Positions 10,071 to 21,262 of a stretch of DNA of 64,000 nt are shown piece by piece. The DNA comes from a virus. The stretch lies in the IMG/VR virus record IMGVR_UViG_3300035698_010625, positions 1 to 64,000 of that record; one strand, written 5' to 3'. The notes beneath the pieces were generated by a model. The model did not search any database. It was given only the letters and a program-made list of their open reading frames with translations, and had not been told where the DNA came from. The position numbers and the translations under genes were made by a program. Positions within the stretch are counted from its first letter, which is position 1, and each line of letters begins with the position of its first letter.

Positions 10071-12035
10071 ATGCCATTTCAACTATCAGCAGGCGTTAAT
10101 ACCAGCGAAATTGACCTTACCGGTATTGTACCTGCAGTGTCAGTCTCAGTTGGTGCATTAGCTGGACAATATCATTGGGGGCCAATGAAAAAACGCGTAC
10201 TTGTTACTGACGAGGAAGTATATGCTGCACAATTTGGAAAGCCAAACAATGATAATTATCAAGAATGGTTCACTGGAGCAGATTTCCTAGCTTATGCTAA
10301 TCAGCTATATATTACACGTCTTGATAACGGTGCTAATAATGCTACCAGCTCTGGTACCTCTGTTCGCGTACTTAATGACGACGATTACGAAACAAAAGAT
10401 GGTCTTACTTCTCTTAGTACTGCTGGTACTTGGGTTGCTAAGTGGCCAGGTGCCCTGGGTAATTCTTTAAAAGTAGCTGTCTGCCAAGGCGCTAACACTT
10501 ATGAATCTACACCAGCTGTTGCTTGGGTAATTCAAGCTGCTAACACTACAATGAAGACTACTGCAGTAGCTAACGTTGCTTTAACAGTTTCCGCCGGAGA
10601 CAAACTAAGTTACGCAAACAGCACTGTACGTATTGATGTTAAAGTTGCTTCGATTACATCGAACGCTCTTTCTTCAGTAGTAATTCTAGAAGCTGCTCCA
10701 ACAAGCTATCAGTTAGGTGGTACTACTGCCGTGACTACTGTATCTGGAGTTGTTAAGCGTCGTTGGGAATACTTCGATAACTTTAATAGTGCTCCAGGAA
10801 CATCTTCATATGCTACAGTTAAATCTGGTGCTAATGATGAAATGCACGTTATCGTTATTGATGAAGATGGCGAATGGACTGGTGTGAAAGGTTCTGCTCT
10901 TGAAATATACCCATTTGTTTCTCGTGCATCTGATGCAAGAAACACAGATGGTAGTTCGAATTATTACAAGACAATACTTAACACAAAGTCATCCTTTGTA
11001 TGGTGGGCACAACACCCTCACACAACTCTTGGCCTTGCTTCTGCAACCGCAGCTGCTGCCGCTTCATTAACATTCGCGAATGCTAGTGATCTTGGTGCAA
11101 CTCTTTCTAACAGTCTATCTGATGGTACTGACGGTAATGCTCCTTCAGAAGCAGAAGTAATTGATGCTTATGACCTTTACGTAGATGCTGAAGAAGTTGA
11201 TGTATCTCTTGTAATGGGCGCTGATGCGACTGCTACAATTGCACAACATCTGATTCAAGATATTGCTGAAGTTCGTAAGGACTGTGTTGCTATCATCTCT
11301 CCAGAACGAGCAGATGTTGTAGATAACGCTGTTTATGTTGGTGCTGAAGCAGATGATGTTGTTGCATTCAAGGATTCTATCAATGTATCAAGCTCATACG
11401 GTTTCATGGATTCCGGTTGGAAGTACCGCTACGACAAGTACAATGACGTTTACCGTTATGTACCTCTGAACGGTTCTGTTGCTGGTACAATGGCACTAAC
11501 TGATAACGTTCGTGACGCTTGGTGGTCTCCTGCTGGTTTCAATCGCGGTAAGATTCGCGATATTGCTAAGCTTGCATATAACCCACGTAAAGCACATCGC
11601 GACCTTCTATACAAGAACAACATTAACCCTGTTGTATCTTTCCCTGGTGAAGGTACCGTACTTTACGGTGACAAGACAATGTTAACACGTCCGTCTGCAT
11701 TCGATAGAATCAACGTACGTCGTCTATTCATCGTTATGGAAAAGGCAATTGCAACTGCTGCTAAGTACGCTCTATTCGAGTTCAACGATGCATTTACAAG
11801 AGCTCAGTTCCGTAACCTAATCGAACCTTACCTTCGTGATATCCAAGGCCGTCGTGGAATTTACGATTTCCGTGTTGTATGTGATGAGTCAAACAACACT
11901 CCAGAAATTATCGATAGAAATGAATTCGTTGGTGACATCTACGTTAAACCAGCACGCAGCATTAACTTCATTCAATTGAACTTTGTCGCTGTCAGAACTG
12001 GTGTAGAATTCGAAGAAGTCATTGGAAAGTTCTGA
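10071..12035 (+). CDS. gp18: tail sheath protein (gp18-like)
   Basis: WWSPAGFNRG, FDRINVRRLF, KPARSINFIQLNF. Confidence 0.97.
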   Translation: MPFQLSAGVNTSEIDLTGIVPAVSVSVGALAGQYHWGPMKKRVLVTDEEVYAAQFGKPNNDNYQEWFTGADFLAYANQLYITRLDNGANNATSSGTSVRVLNDDDYETKDGLTSLSTAGTWVAKWPGALGNSLKVAVCQGANTYESTPAVAWVIQAANTTMKTTAVANVALTVSAGDKLSYANSTVRIDVKVASITSNALSSVVILEAAPTSYQLGGTTAVTTVSGVVKRRWEYFDNFNSAPGTSSYATVKSGANDEMHVIVIDEDGEWTGVKGSALEIYPFVSRASDARNTDGSSNYYKTILNTKSSFVWWAQHPHTTLGLASATAAAAASLTFANASDLGATLSNSLSDGTDGNAPSEAEVIDAYDLYVDAEEVDVSLVMGADATATIAQHLIQDIAEVRKDCVAIISPERADVVDNAVYVGAEADDVVAFKDSINVSSSYGFMDSGWKYRYDKYNDVYRYVPLNGSVAGTMALTDNVRDAWWSPAGFNRGKIRDIAKLAYNPRKAHRDLLYKNNINPVVSFPGEGTVLYGDKTMLTRPSAFDRINVRRLFIVMEKAIATAAKYALFEFNDAFTRAQFRNLIEPYLRDIQGRRGIYDFRVVCDESNNTPEIIDRNEFVGDIYVKPARSINFIQLNFVAVRTGVEFEEVIGKF

Positions 12036-12066
12036 TAAATATAGCAAACAATAGGAGAACTATATA

Positions 12067-12645
12067 GTGGCATTCTCAATTAACGAATTTTACAGCGCAC
12101 TAGAGTTCGGTGGATCTCGTTCAAATCTCTTCGACGTGATTATCACGTGGCCGGGTGGCGAGCTACCAGAAATCAACTTTATGGCAAGAGCGACTCAGAT
12201 CCCTGGGGCGACTCTTAACACTGTAACACAACCGTATTTCGGCCGTGAACTTAAGTTCGCAGGTAACCGTACCTTTGAAGATTGGACGGTAACAATTATC
12301 AATGATGAAGACTATCTAATTAGAGACGGTCTAGAAAGGTGGTCTGAAGCTCTTAACGGATTTGAATCTAACGTCCGTGATCCTGCTCGACTGCAGACTT
12401 CTCAGTACAAAGGAACTGGTACTGTAAATCATTATGGTAAAACTGGTAACATTCTAAGAACCTACGAAATTCGTGGAATTCTTCCAACTGCAATTGCACC
12501 TATCCAGCTTGACTGGGGTAATGATGAAATTGTAAACTTTGATACTACCTTCTCAATGGATTATTGGGTAGCTACCAGAACTAACCGAGCTAACATTACT
12601 GCACGATCAGCGTTCGCTACAGCTGTAGATCTAGCAACTTCATAA
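12067..12645 (+). CDS. gp19: tail tube protein (gp19-like)
   Basis: YFGRELKFAGNRTFEDWTVTIIND; follows sheath. Confidence 0.95.
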   Translation: MAFSINEFYSALEFGGSRSNLFDVIITWPGGELPEINFMARATQIPGATLNTVTQPYFGRELKFAGNRTFEDWTVTIINDEDYLIRDGLERWSEALNGFESNVRDPARLQTSQYKGTGTVNHYGKTGNILRTYEIRGILPTAIAPIQLDWGNDEIVNFDTTFSMDYWVATRTNRANITARSAFATAVDLATS

Positions 12646-12652
12646 TTATTAT

Positions 12653-12673
12653 AGGGGAGGCTCTCTCCCCTTT
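12653..12673 (+). terminator. probable intrinsic terminator
   Basis: AGGGGAG-GCTCT-CTCCCCT hairpin plus short T run after gp19. Confidence 0.55.
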
Positions 12674-12693
12674 GACCTAAGGATAACAACTGT

Positions 12694-14451
12694 ATGCGTC
12701 TTTTCGGATTTGAAATAAAGAAGTTAGATGAGCTTGAAGATCAAGCAGTTAATCTATCCTTCGTTCCACCAGATACTCAAGACGGTTCACTCGAAATCGC
12801 TACTGGTGGCGCGAGTGGTGCTTTCGTAGATTTTGAAGGAACCGCTACTAACGAAGGTGAGATGATCACGAAATATCGTGTGATGGCTCATAAATTCGAA
12901 GCTGATAATGCTATTCAAGACATTGTAAACGAAGCAATCATCTTAAGTGAAGATGGTGACATCGTAGAAATCAATACTGACAACGTTAAGTTTACACCAA
13001 GAATTAAAAAGAAGATTGGTGATGAATTTAGAAATGTACTGAAACTTTTGGATTTCAATAACAGAGGTTATGAAATTTTTAGATCTTGGTATGTTGATGG
13101 TAGAATGCATTATCACAAAATTGTTGATGTAGAAAAACCTACTGAAGGGCTTCAAGAATTACGGTACATTGATCCCCGCCGTATCAAAAAGGTTAAAGAA
13201 CACATCAAGCAAAAGGATCCCAACACTGGGATTTCTGTATATTTACGTACTAATGAATATTTCATGTACTCCCCAGCCGGTGCTTTCCAAGCAGCTGCTT
13301 CAGCTCCTACACATGCAGGAATTGGAGTTGGCTCATTTGCTATCGCTAAGGATTCAGTAGCATACATTCATTCTGGTCAAATCTGTCCTCTATCTGGTGT
13401 TCCATTATCTTGGCTAAGTAAGGCAACTAAAGCATTGAATATGCTTAACACGCTTGAAGATGCTATCGTAATTTATCGCCTTGCTAGAGCGCCAGAACGT
13501 AGAATCTTCTATATCGATACCGGTAACCTTCCTCGTGCACGTGCCGAAGAGCAAGTTAATAAGGAAATGAATAAGCATCGAAATAAAGTTGCTTATGACG
13601 CAAGTACTGGTGAAATCAAAGATCAAAAACGCTTCCTAACAATGATGGAAGATTACTGGTTCCCACGTCGTGAAGGTGGTAGAGGAACGGAAGTAACAAC
13701 ACTTACTGGTGCTCAGAATCTTGGTGAAATCGAAGATATTCTATACTTCAGAAAGAACCTTTATAAAGCGCTAGGAGTTCCAGTTGCTAGACAGGAATCT
13801 GAAAACACATTTAACTTAGGTCGAAGTCAAGAAATCTCAAGAGATGAAATCAAATTCGCTAAGTTTATTACTAGACTTCGTGCACAATTCTCAGAATTAT
13901 TCGATGATTTACTTGAAACTCAACTAGTTCTAAAAGGTGTAATCAATAGTGAAGAATGGGAATCTGTTCGCCAAGAAATCTCATATGATTGGCAGAATGA
14001 TAACTACTTCTCAGAACTTAAAGACACAGAAATCTGGAGAGAACGCCTTAGTATCCTGAACGATGTTGATGCATACGTTGGTAAATATTTTTCAAGCGAA
14101 TGGGTAAAGAAATATATCCTGAAGTTTAGTGAAGATGATATTGACCAAATTAATCGCGAAATGGATGAAAATGATGATGGGTTCGTTGATGATAATGAAG
14201 ATCCATCTAAACCATTTGATGATTGGGGTGGAGAAGAAGGTGGGCAGCCAGGACAACCTGGAGGTCAAGCAGCACAGGGAAGACCTGCACCACCAGGAGG
14301 ACCTAATGATGCTAGTCCCCGCGCAGGCGAACCAGCAAATCCACCAAAGAGAGAATCTTACAACACTGAATTAGCGCCTGAAGAAAAATTGTTTCTAGAA
14401 AGCGTAACAAACTATCTTGGGGATTTAACTGATGAAGATAGCGGAAGCTAA
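12694..14451 (+). CDS. gp20: portal protein (gp20-like)
   Basis: WYVDGR, IYRLARAPERRIFYIDTGN, EDYWFPRREGGRGTE. Confidence 0.97.
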   Translation: MRLFGFEIKKLDELEDQAVNLSFVPPDTQDGSLEIATGGASGAFVDFEGTATNEGEMITKYRVMAHKFEADNAIQDIVNEAIILSEDGDIVEINTDNVKFTPRIKKKIGDEFRNVLKLLDFNNRGYEIFRSWYVDGRMHYHKIVDVEKPTEGLQELRYIDPRRIKKVKEHIKQKDPNTGISVYLRTNEYFMYSPAGAFQAAASAPTHAGIGVGSFAIAKDSVAYIHSGQICPLSGVPLSWLSKATKALNMLNTLEDAIVIYRLARAPERRIFYIDTGNLPRARAEEQVNKEMNKHRNKVAYDASTGEIKDQKRFLTMMEDYWFPRREGGRGTEVTTLTGAQNLGEIEDILYFRKNLYKALGVPVARQESENTFNLGRSQEISRDEIKFAKFITRLRAQFSELFDDLLETQLVLKGVINSEEWESVRQEISYDWQNDNYFSELKDTEIWRERLSILNDVDAYVGKYFSSEWVKKYILKFSEDDIDQINREMDENDDGFVDDNEDPSKPFDDWGGEEGGQPGQPGGQAAQGRPAPPGGPNDASPRAGEPANPPKRESYNTELAPEEKLFLESVTNYLGDLTDEDSGS

Positions 14452-15313
14452 ATTATTTGGCGCGATAGTAAGCTTCGTTGAAAAGAGATTAGACAAATTC
14501 AAGAAAGATCTTTTAACAAGCATTCCTGAAGTATTACCCGAAAGCTTTTCTCAACCTGGCGTACCAGGACCCGCTGGTGAGAAAGGCGAGACTGGTGCAT
14601 CTGGAGGACCAAGAGGACTCCGTGGTCTTCCTGGTCGTGATGGTGTTAATATCATTGGTGAAGAAGGACCACCTGGAAGAGATGGTCGAGATGCACGTCC
14701 TGCGCGTAATGGAAGACCAGGTCTAAAAGGAAATATAGGCGATCCTGGCCGTGACGGTATAAATGGAACTGATGGAAATCATGGGTTACATGGAACTGAT
14801 GGAAAAGATGGTGCGCCTGGAAGAGATGGCAAAGATCACACTGGAAAAGAATATTCTAGATTAAGATTTGAGTTCGATGAATATAGAAGACTCACTCAAA
14901 CACAGATGTCTAGTTTAGGTGGCGGTGGTTCTACAAGAATTCTAGAAATGGATGATGTAGTACAAAATTATCGTGGGCAACTTGCTAATAACGATGTCCT
15001 TTTATGGGATGACTCAATTAATAAATTTCGCTCTTACAACATGGTAACTCTTATAAATACTGTGACAGATACCGTGACAACTAATGTGGAAACTATGTAT
15101 GATAAGCTTATAGATGATAGTACCGTTAATGGCGCTAACACCTTTACTTACATTGGCGAATCACTTCCGGGTGCTGTAACTGCAAATCCTGTTTGGAGAA
15201 TTAAAAGAATTGCAGCATATTCGGATGACACAACAAATATACTTTGGGCTAACAATCAAGCTACTTTCGTGCAAACTTGGGATGATAGAGCTAGCTACGT
15301 ATACGACGTTTAA
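14432..15313 (+). CDS. collagen triple-helix repeat protein (putative fibre)
   Basis: About 30 G-X-Y triplets; C-terminal YIGE..PG...VWRIKRI...WDDRASYVY domain. Confidence 0.75.
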   Translation: MKIAEAKLFGAIVSFVEKRLDKFKKDLLTSIPEVLPESFSQPGVPGPAGEKGETGASGGPRGLRGLPGRDGVNIIGEEGPPGRDGRDARPARNGRPGLKGNIGDPGRDGINGTDGNHGLHGTDGKDGAPGRDGKDHTGKEYSRLRFEFDEYRRLTQTQMSSLGGGGSTRILEMDDVVQNYRGQLANNDVLLWDDSINKFRSYNMVTLINTVTDTVTTNVETMYDKLIDDSTVNGANTFTYIGESLPGAVTANPVWRIKRIAAYSDDTTNILWANNQATFVQTWDDRASYVYDV

Positions 15314-15342
15314 AAATAATAATAATAAGAAAGGTGTAACCA

Positions 15343-17268
15343 ATGGCAATTGCTGATGACTTTACAATTGACCGTACAAATCGAAGAATTTATCACTCTT
15401 CTGGTACTACGGTTTATACAACAAATGCATTCTTCTCATGGATCATGGATGAAGCAGATGACGCGGATGATACTGATTTAGACATCACGAACGATGTACC
15501 AATGAAGTTTCTAACACCAACCGCTTATCGTGTTGGCTCAATTGAAGCTGATGCTGCTTCGCCGTGGTTTTTAGATCCAGAAGCTACTAAATATCTTAGT
15601 GGTGGTGGTATCGATACAACAGGCTGGAGTGGATTCATTCACAAGATCGCTTTTGGTTCAACTGCAGGTGCAGTATCTGGTGATATTGGTAAAGTGGTTA
15701 CTGATGGCACCAACAGCGGTACATTGGTAGGTTACAACAGTGCAGGTACAATTTGGTATGTCCGAACTGCAGCAACACAAAGCGCTGGATACTTCAGTAC
15801 TGGTGTTACTACATCTGTAACTGCAGGAACAGGAACAGGAACATCGACTGCTGCGTCTATCACTGGTGAAACAGTATGGCACAATATCTTCACTCTAGGT
15901 TCTGGTAACGATATTTCACAAATTAAATTAATGGTTGTGCAAAACGGCTCTACCATTACAAATGAAGTAACAGATGGTGGTGCAGCTTGGTGGACCCGTG
16001 GTCAAATTGATATTTTAGTTGCTACTGTAGATTCAGGCGCTACTATTGATTCTGGTGACCTTCGAGTACAGGCTAGAGAGCTTGGATTTTCTTATGACTA
16101 TTTCGATCAGCCTGCATTAACAGCTGTTGGTAGAACACCTTTCGCTATCGCGATCGCCGACGATGCTGATGACGATCAGGCGCAGGGTGCTCATACAGGT
16201 GGAACTCACGCAACTATCTTAACTGATTCTACAAAAGATTTCACAGCACTTGGTATTTTAACATCTGGATATACAGTAACAAATATTTCAGATGGATCTA
16301 GTGGTGTAATCACCGCAGTTGGTACTACAACTGTTACTGTAGGTGGTGGATTATCTGGTGGTTCTGGTGATAATTTTGTAACAGCAGATGAATACGAAAT
16401 TCACCAAACTTCTACTTCCGTAGTATTCAATTGGGGCGATACAACTGCCGATGTTGATGCTACTGGTGGATCTGAAAATTATAACATGACTGCTGATCTT
16501 AACACTGACACAATTGCTGAAGCATATATGTACTTTAAATATGTTACGCGTAGAGGCGGTGGTGCATTACCAGGAACTGCTTCACCTGGTAATGGTGAAC
16601 TATATACTTCTGAAAATGAAGCAACATATACCGTAGTCAAATCTGCACCAATAGGTACACTTGCTGGTGGTAAATTCTTCGGCGCGCAAGGCGTTCTTAT
16701 CATTGATATGGCTGGTGCCGATTCAAACAACTATGAACTTATCGATGCAGCTGGATTAACAAAAGTACCACCTTCTAGCGTAACAATTCTATTCGGATCT
16801 GTTGTTTCTGGTGACCAACTTCTTATCGCAAGATTAACTGGAATTGCTGGATCACTTGATAAAGCAGAATATACTCTTAATGGCGCTGCAAGTACTACTG
16901 ACGCAACAGTTGTTGTTAATGAAGCAATTTCATCTGATACACCAGCGACTGGAACAATTCGCTTAGGTGTCAATGAAAAGAGATATACATATTCATCATG
17001 GGCAACTTCTACATTTACTCTAGATGTGTCAGATCATGCAAGTGGATTAGATGAAAATCATTTAAATGCAGCCCAAGTTTATGTACCATTTATTGACTTA
17101 ACAGCAAGTACAACATCACACAGTACATCAATCATTTATAATGCTGATGTTCCAGTACTTGCTCGTTGCCGTAAGAAAGGTATTATTCCATTTGGTGCTG
17201 AAGGAACAATCACAAGTACTGGATTCACAGTATCAGCAGTGAGAACAACAGACGATATCGTAACCTAA
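15343..17268 (+). CDS. large Thr/Gly/Ser-rich virion structural protein
   Basis: 641 aa, beta-rich; TATAAATA at 15052-15059 upstream. Confidence 0.55.
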   Translation: MAIADDFTIDRTNRRIYHSSGTTVYTTNAFFSWIMDEADDADDTDLDITNDVPMKFLTPTAYRVGSIEADAASPWFLDPEATKYLSGGGIDTTGWSGFIHKIAFGSTAGAVSGDIGKVVTDGTNSGTLVGYNSAGTIWYVRTAATQSAGYFSTGVTTSVTAGTGTGTSTAASITGETVWHNIFTLGSGNDISQIKLMVVQNGSTITNEVTDGGAAWWTRGQIDILVATVDSGATIDSGDLRVQARELGFSYDYFDQPALTAVGRTPFAIAIADDADDDQAQGAHTGGTHATILTDSTKDFTALGILTSGYTVTNISDGSSGVITAVGTTTVTVGGGLSGGSGDNFVTADEYEIHQTSTSVVFNWGDTTADVDATGGSENYNMTADLNTDTIAEAYMYFKYVTRRGGGALPGTASPGNGELYTSENEATYTVVKSAPIGTLAGGKFFGAQGVLIIDMAGADSNNYELIDAAGLTKVPPSSVTILFGSVVSGDQLLIARLTGIAGSLDKAEYTLNGAASTTDATVVVNEAISSDTPATGTIRLGVNEKRYTYSSWATSTFTLDVSDHASGLDENHLNAAQVYVPFIDLTASTTSHSTSIIYNADVPVLARCRKKGIIPFGAEGTITSTGFTVSAVRTTDDIVT

Positions 17269-17281
17269 TAAAGGATATACA

Positions 17282-17740
17282 ATGGAAGACTCTACAACAT
17301 TTGCGGGGCGTACCATGCACGTAAATTATGCAACAAGAGTGTTAACAATAAGTGATGCAGGTGCTGGTGTGTTAGTGTTTGACACTGATAAAGAATATTA
17401 CTTTGCATTAAGAGAAGCTTGGTTAGATATGAATCCAGTAGCAGATGTTCAGTCTCAATTGTTAATCGCGAGAGGTGGCTGGACATTGACTCTCGAAGCA
17501 GTTACAGCAGGAAATGATTTCTTTATCGATGCTTTTATACATGGTAGACATGTACTACACGATACTGAATCTGGACAAATTTCAGTTACTTTTGGTGGCG
17601 TCCGATTTCCAGATCTAGTAGATCAACAGTATATTGATGGAGCAAATATGATTTGGGATGATTCTTCACCAATTCGCAAAGTTAATGATTTTGTTATAAA
17701 TGTACAAAAAGGCTGGACAGTAACGGATGATACGATTTAA
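17282..17740 (+). CDS. hypothetical (probably structural) protein
   Basis: RBS AAGGA; coupled to next gene. Confidence 0.55.
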   Translation: MEDSTTFAGRTMHVNYATRVLTISDAGAGVLVFDTDKEYYFALREAWLDMNPVADVQSQLLIARGGWTLTLEAVTAGNDFFIDAFIHGRHVLHDTESGQISVTFGGVRFPDLVDQQYIDGANMIWDDSSPIRKVNDFVINVQKGWTVTDDTI

Positions 17741-20706
17741 TGGCTACTAGATACATCGACAGCCTAACAACAGAAGCTACATTTGCTTTAATGGACGCGA
17801 ATGGAATCTTAACCGATACTGATCTTATATTAATAACTGGTCTTGACTTTGTTTGTGATGAAGAAGTTAATTGGTCATATGGGTTATCTATTAGTGGCCC
17901 ATGGGCCACTCAAGCTAGTACACAAGGATCTGTGACTTATGATTCCACCCGTACTCGATTAATCAAATACGATGGAGGTACCGGAACTCCAGTACCTGTT
18001 ATGTTTGACACTATAACTGGTGATGATTCTAGTGCAGTAGGTCAAATTATCCAATTCCTCGATTCATCTATGGTACCTAACGCTTCACATCAATCTTCAG
18101 CTGGATATTTAAAATTCAGAGAAGTTACTGGTACTTTCACAGACAACGAACTTATTCGTAAAACTGGAAGTACTGGTGAATGGGAAGCATCTGCTGATGG
18201 TGCAGACACAGTAGGATTTCTTGAAATTCTCCATCGTTCTAATGGTAACTGGACTACAAGCATCAATGTACCTATCACTATACAAGGTACTTGGTGGGAA
18301 CTTGGTACTAGTGATGGTACAGCTGACCAAACATTTACATCTTATACTTCTGGTAAAATTCCAATTATTTGGGTAGAAACTGCGGAAAGTTCTGGTGTAT
18401 TTGACATGTGGGTCAACGTGGAAGGTACTGGAGAAGGTCTTGGTATGGCTAATCATGAAGCGGGAGTTTTGGGCCGTATTTTTGAACAAGCAAATGCAAG
18501 TACTAGTATACTATTTGGTGATGATATCAATGGAGCTATTCCTCCTAATAATGCAATCATCAAGATCCCAAATATGTACATGGGAATTCATGATGAACCA
18601 ACTGATTACACAACACCATATTTTCCTACTCAAGCGTCGGATTCAAGTGCTATGCACCCAGACTGGACTGCGGGTGGTAACGGTGCTAGAGGTGAATTAT
18701 CCCTAGACACGGTTATATTTGGAGGCTGGGAAGGTAAATTCGATGATCTTAACAACATCTACGTAGACAATGTGGGTATGTTTGGTAAGTGCCAATGGAA
18801 CCTAATTCGAGGCATTCGTAAATTCGAAAATATTGGATCTGCACCAGTCACCAATCATTATAGTAACTCTGGACAATTTTTTATAGCTGGCGCTGGAGGT
18901 GGTTTAACAATTGGCCCAATTTTATCAGTTGCAGTAGATACTGGTAGGTTATCAAAGGGGTTCGTAATCACCTCATCAGATGGGGTGGTTATCAATGGGC
19001 TATATTGTGCATTTTTAAATCCGGGTTTTTTTGGAGAGTATCCTCTCTATATCATTAACGTCAATGACATTGTGATTAATGATGTGACTATGATTGGTGG
19101 GGGCAGTCCTCTGCACATGCGAAACTGCAACAATGTTAAGTTGACTAACATGACGATGGCTACAAAAACTAATACAGCCCACACTATTGCAGCGAGATAT
19201 ATGGCGGATATTAGTGCTTGCGCGGGCGTGACATTGGATGGATTAACTATATTAGGGCCATACATCCAATCGGTAGCTACTAACTATTACTTTATGCGGA
19301 TCTTTTCAAATTATGGTCCATTCAAGCTACAGAATTTTGGAACCAGAGCAGCACCCCTTGATCTAGGAACTATGAGCTCGAATGCAAACATTTTCCAGAT
19401 CTCTGATACCCCTAGTATACGACTAGCTAGAATCTGGTTTAAAAACCAACCCCAAGCAGCTTCTGCATATCACTTTGGAAACATGACTGGTTCTTCTCTC
19501 CACACAGTACAAGATGTTGGAAACCCAGAAGCGTACGACACTAGATATTACCCAACTGAAGGAGTTACCGTACTTAATTATTATGGTAGTAATGGAGTTG
19601 ATGCTTTCCAAGGATCGTTTTATCCGGGGTATGTATCGCCATGCAACGACCCATTCTCAACTAACTTCCGAAGTGATACTACCGGATACTTGCGTGTATT
19701 CCTAACGCAGAGTTTGGGAACGGTATCACCTTACGCTACGCTGGAAGGTGATACCGTATTGACGGGTGCAATATGGTTCTCTGCTAGTGCATCTGATAAA
19801 ATAACATTTACAGCTAGAACGCCTCTTTACGGGATCACCAGTTTCGATAGTGCCGAGCGAATTTCAGGATGGGTTGGTAGTTCTTCCTTCGCCTATTACA
19901 CAGATATGCCGACAAATGCTGCCAGCGGTTCTCAATATTCCATTGAGTATCAACTAGACAAGGGCGACGGTAATGGATGGGTCGCGGGTGGTGCGGATGA
20001 TACGTGGAGAGCATTGGACAACGGTGATACTTTCACCCAGTCCATGACGTTTGATGCCGCCGCTAAAACAATTGTACGTAGCTCTGGTAATTGGGCGGAC
20101 GACGATTTCGATGAACCTCTAATGCTGTATGCGAGTGCCGATACGATGATTCGTATTTCCGGTACTGCGAGTAATGATGGTTGGTATAAAGTAAGTGCGC
20201 TTTCAACTACAACTCTTACTGTTGATGCTGCTCACACTTTAACTAATGAAACCATCAGTTGTACTGCGTATTATGGAATATGTGGTGAGGAGGATATAAG
20301 TGACACTCTTGGTGTATTGTTTAAACTAAGAATTTCAAATCTTACTGCAGCAGTACCAAATCATCAACCACGTTTCTTAAACATTCCGTTCATAACATCT
20401 ACAACTGCACAAAACGCGGCATTGATATCGCTTAACGCTGCAACAATTAGTATTGATAATATTATCGATGGTAGTACGTATCGCGTGTACAATAGAACTA
20501 CATCAACTCAATTATCTAGTGGAGTGGTGTCTGGTACATCGTTAACATTAACTGATATGGACGCTGCAGATGATGATATCCTTTCTATTAGGGTGCGAAA
20601 GAGTACTACTGGAACAAGATACGTTCCATTCTATTCCGAAGCAACTGTCTCAAATGATGCAGCAAGTTTTTACATCATCCAAATTGAAGATGTGGTGGTA
20701 ATCTAA
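17740..20706 (+). CDS. large protein with probable right-handed beta-helix (spike/depolymerase-like)
   Basis: 988 aa; repeated xVxIxNx rungs (NDIVINDVT, NNVKLTNMT, AGVTLDGLT). Confidence 0.55.
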   Translation: MATRYIDSLTTEATFALMDANGILTDTDLILITGLDFVCDEEVNWSYGLSISGPWATQASTQGSVTYDSTRTRLIKYDGGTGTPVPVMFDTITGDDSSAVGQIIQFLDSSMVPNASHQSSAGYLKFREVTGTFTDNELIRKTGSTGEWEASADGADTVGFLEILHRSNGNWTTSINVPITIQGTWWELGTSDGTADQTFTSYTSGKIPIIWVETAESSGVFDMWVNVEGTGEGLGMANHEAGVLGRIFEQANASTSILFGDDINGAIPPNNAIIKIPNMYMGIHDEPTDYTTPYFPTQASDSSAMHPDWTAGGNGARGELSLDTVIFGGWEGKFDDLNNIYVDNVGMFGKCQWNLIRGIRKFENIGSAPVTNHYSNSGQFFIAGAGGGLTIGPILSVAVDTGRLSKGFVITSSDGVVINGLYCAFLNPGFFGEYPLYIINVNDIVINDVTMIGGGSPLHMRNCNNVKLTNMTMATKTNTAHTIAARYMADISACAGVTLDGLTILGPYIQSVATNYYFMRIFSNYGPFKLQNFGTRAAPLDLGTMSSNANIFQISDTPSIRLARIWFKNQPQAASAYHFGNMTGSSLHTVQDVGNPEAYDTRYYPTEGVTVLNYYGSNGVDAFQGSFYPGYVSPCNDPFSTNFRSDTTGYLRVFLTQSLGTVSPYATLEGDTVLTGAIWFSASASDKITFTARTPLYGITSFDSAERISGWVGSSSFAYYTDMPTNAASGSQYSIEYQLDKGDGNGWVAGGADDTWRALDNGDTFTQSMTFDAAAKTIVRSSGNWADDDFDEPLMLYASADTMIRISGTASNDGWYKVSALSTTTLTVDAAHTLTNETISCTAYYGICGEEDISDTLGVLFKLRISNLTAAVPNHQPRFLNIPFITSTTAQNAALISLNAATISIDNIIDGSTYRVYNRTTSTQLSSGVVSGTSLTLTDMDAADDDILSIRVRKSTTGTRYVPFYSEATVSNDAASFYIIQIEDVVVI

Positions 20707-21218
20707 TGTCATTTGTTTATGATCAATATACAAGGCGCTTTACTGTAGCGGGTGGGCAAAGTACTCTTGAAGTACAAGACATTGTGAATTTGGGTAGAAC
20801 TGAAGAATCATCTGAAGATGGTATAGTCCAAGATCCTATCTTTGCTGCTGCTTCTGGTAAGTTTACACTTGATACTGGAATCACAACTGGAATTGATTGT
20901 GAATTAGCAGATGATGTGGACATACTCTTTGAAGCTGGAACTTATTCTGCTGTAGTTAAAGGCGGAAATCTAGTTGGTGGTATATCAGGTGAACCCATCG
21001 CATATTCTGCTGGTGTTAGAGTTAAAAACATTCAAGCAGAAGGACATTCAATTTCAACAGCTGGCGCACCTTCATTATCTGATGCTGATAAAGAAGACAT
21101 TGCTGAGAGAGTCTTTAAACAACCATTTAGTGATGTTACATTACAAGCAACAGGAACTTGGGGTGAATATCTTGGTAAGAAAATTATGACAATATCTGAT
21201 TATTTCAAATTTAGTTAA
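20706..21218 (+). CDS. hypothetical structural protein
   Basis: Coupled to upstream gene; end of inserted operon. Confidence 0.5.
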   Translation: MSFVYDQYTRRFTVAGGQSTLEVQDIVNLGRTEESSEDGIVQDPIFAAASGKFTLDTGITTGIDCELADDVDILFEAGTYSAVVKGGNLVGGISGEPIAYSAGVRVKNIQAEGHSISTAGAPSLSDADKEDIAERVFKQPFSDVTLQATGTWGEYLGKKIMTISDYFKFS

Positions 21219-21232
21219 CCAAAACCCGAACT

Positions 21233-21240
21233 TATAAATA
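21233..21240 (+). promoter_or_regulatory. T4-type late promoter
   Basis: TATAAATA. Confidence 0.85.
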
Positions 21241-21262
21241 CATTTAAAGAAAGATATGGAGA

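Noticed and set aside
1-21218. Diversity-generating retroelement acting on fibre genes
   Set aside because: No reverse transcriptase and no TR/VR repeat pair seen in the window
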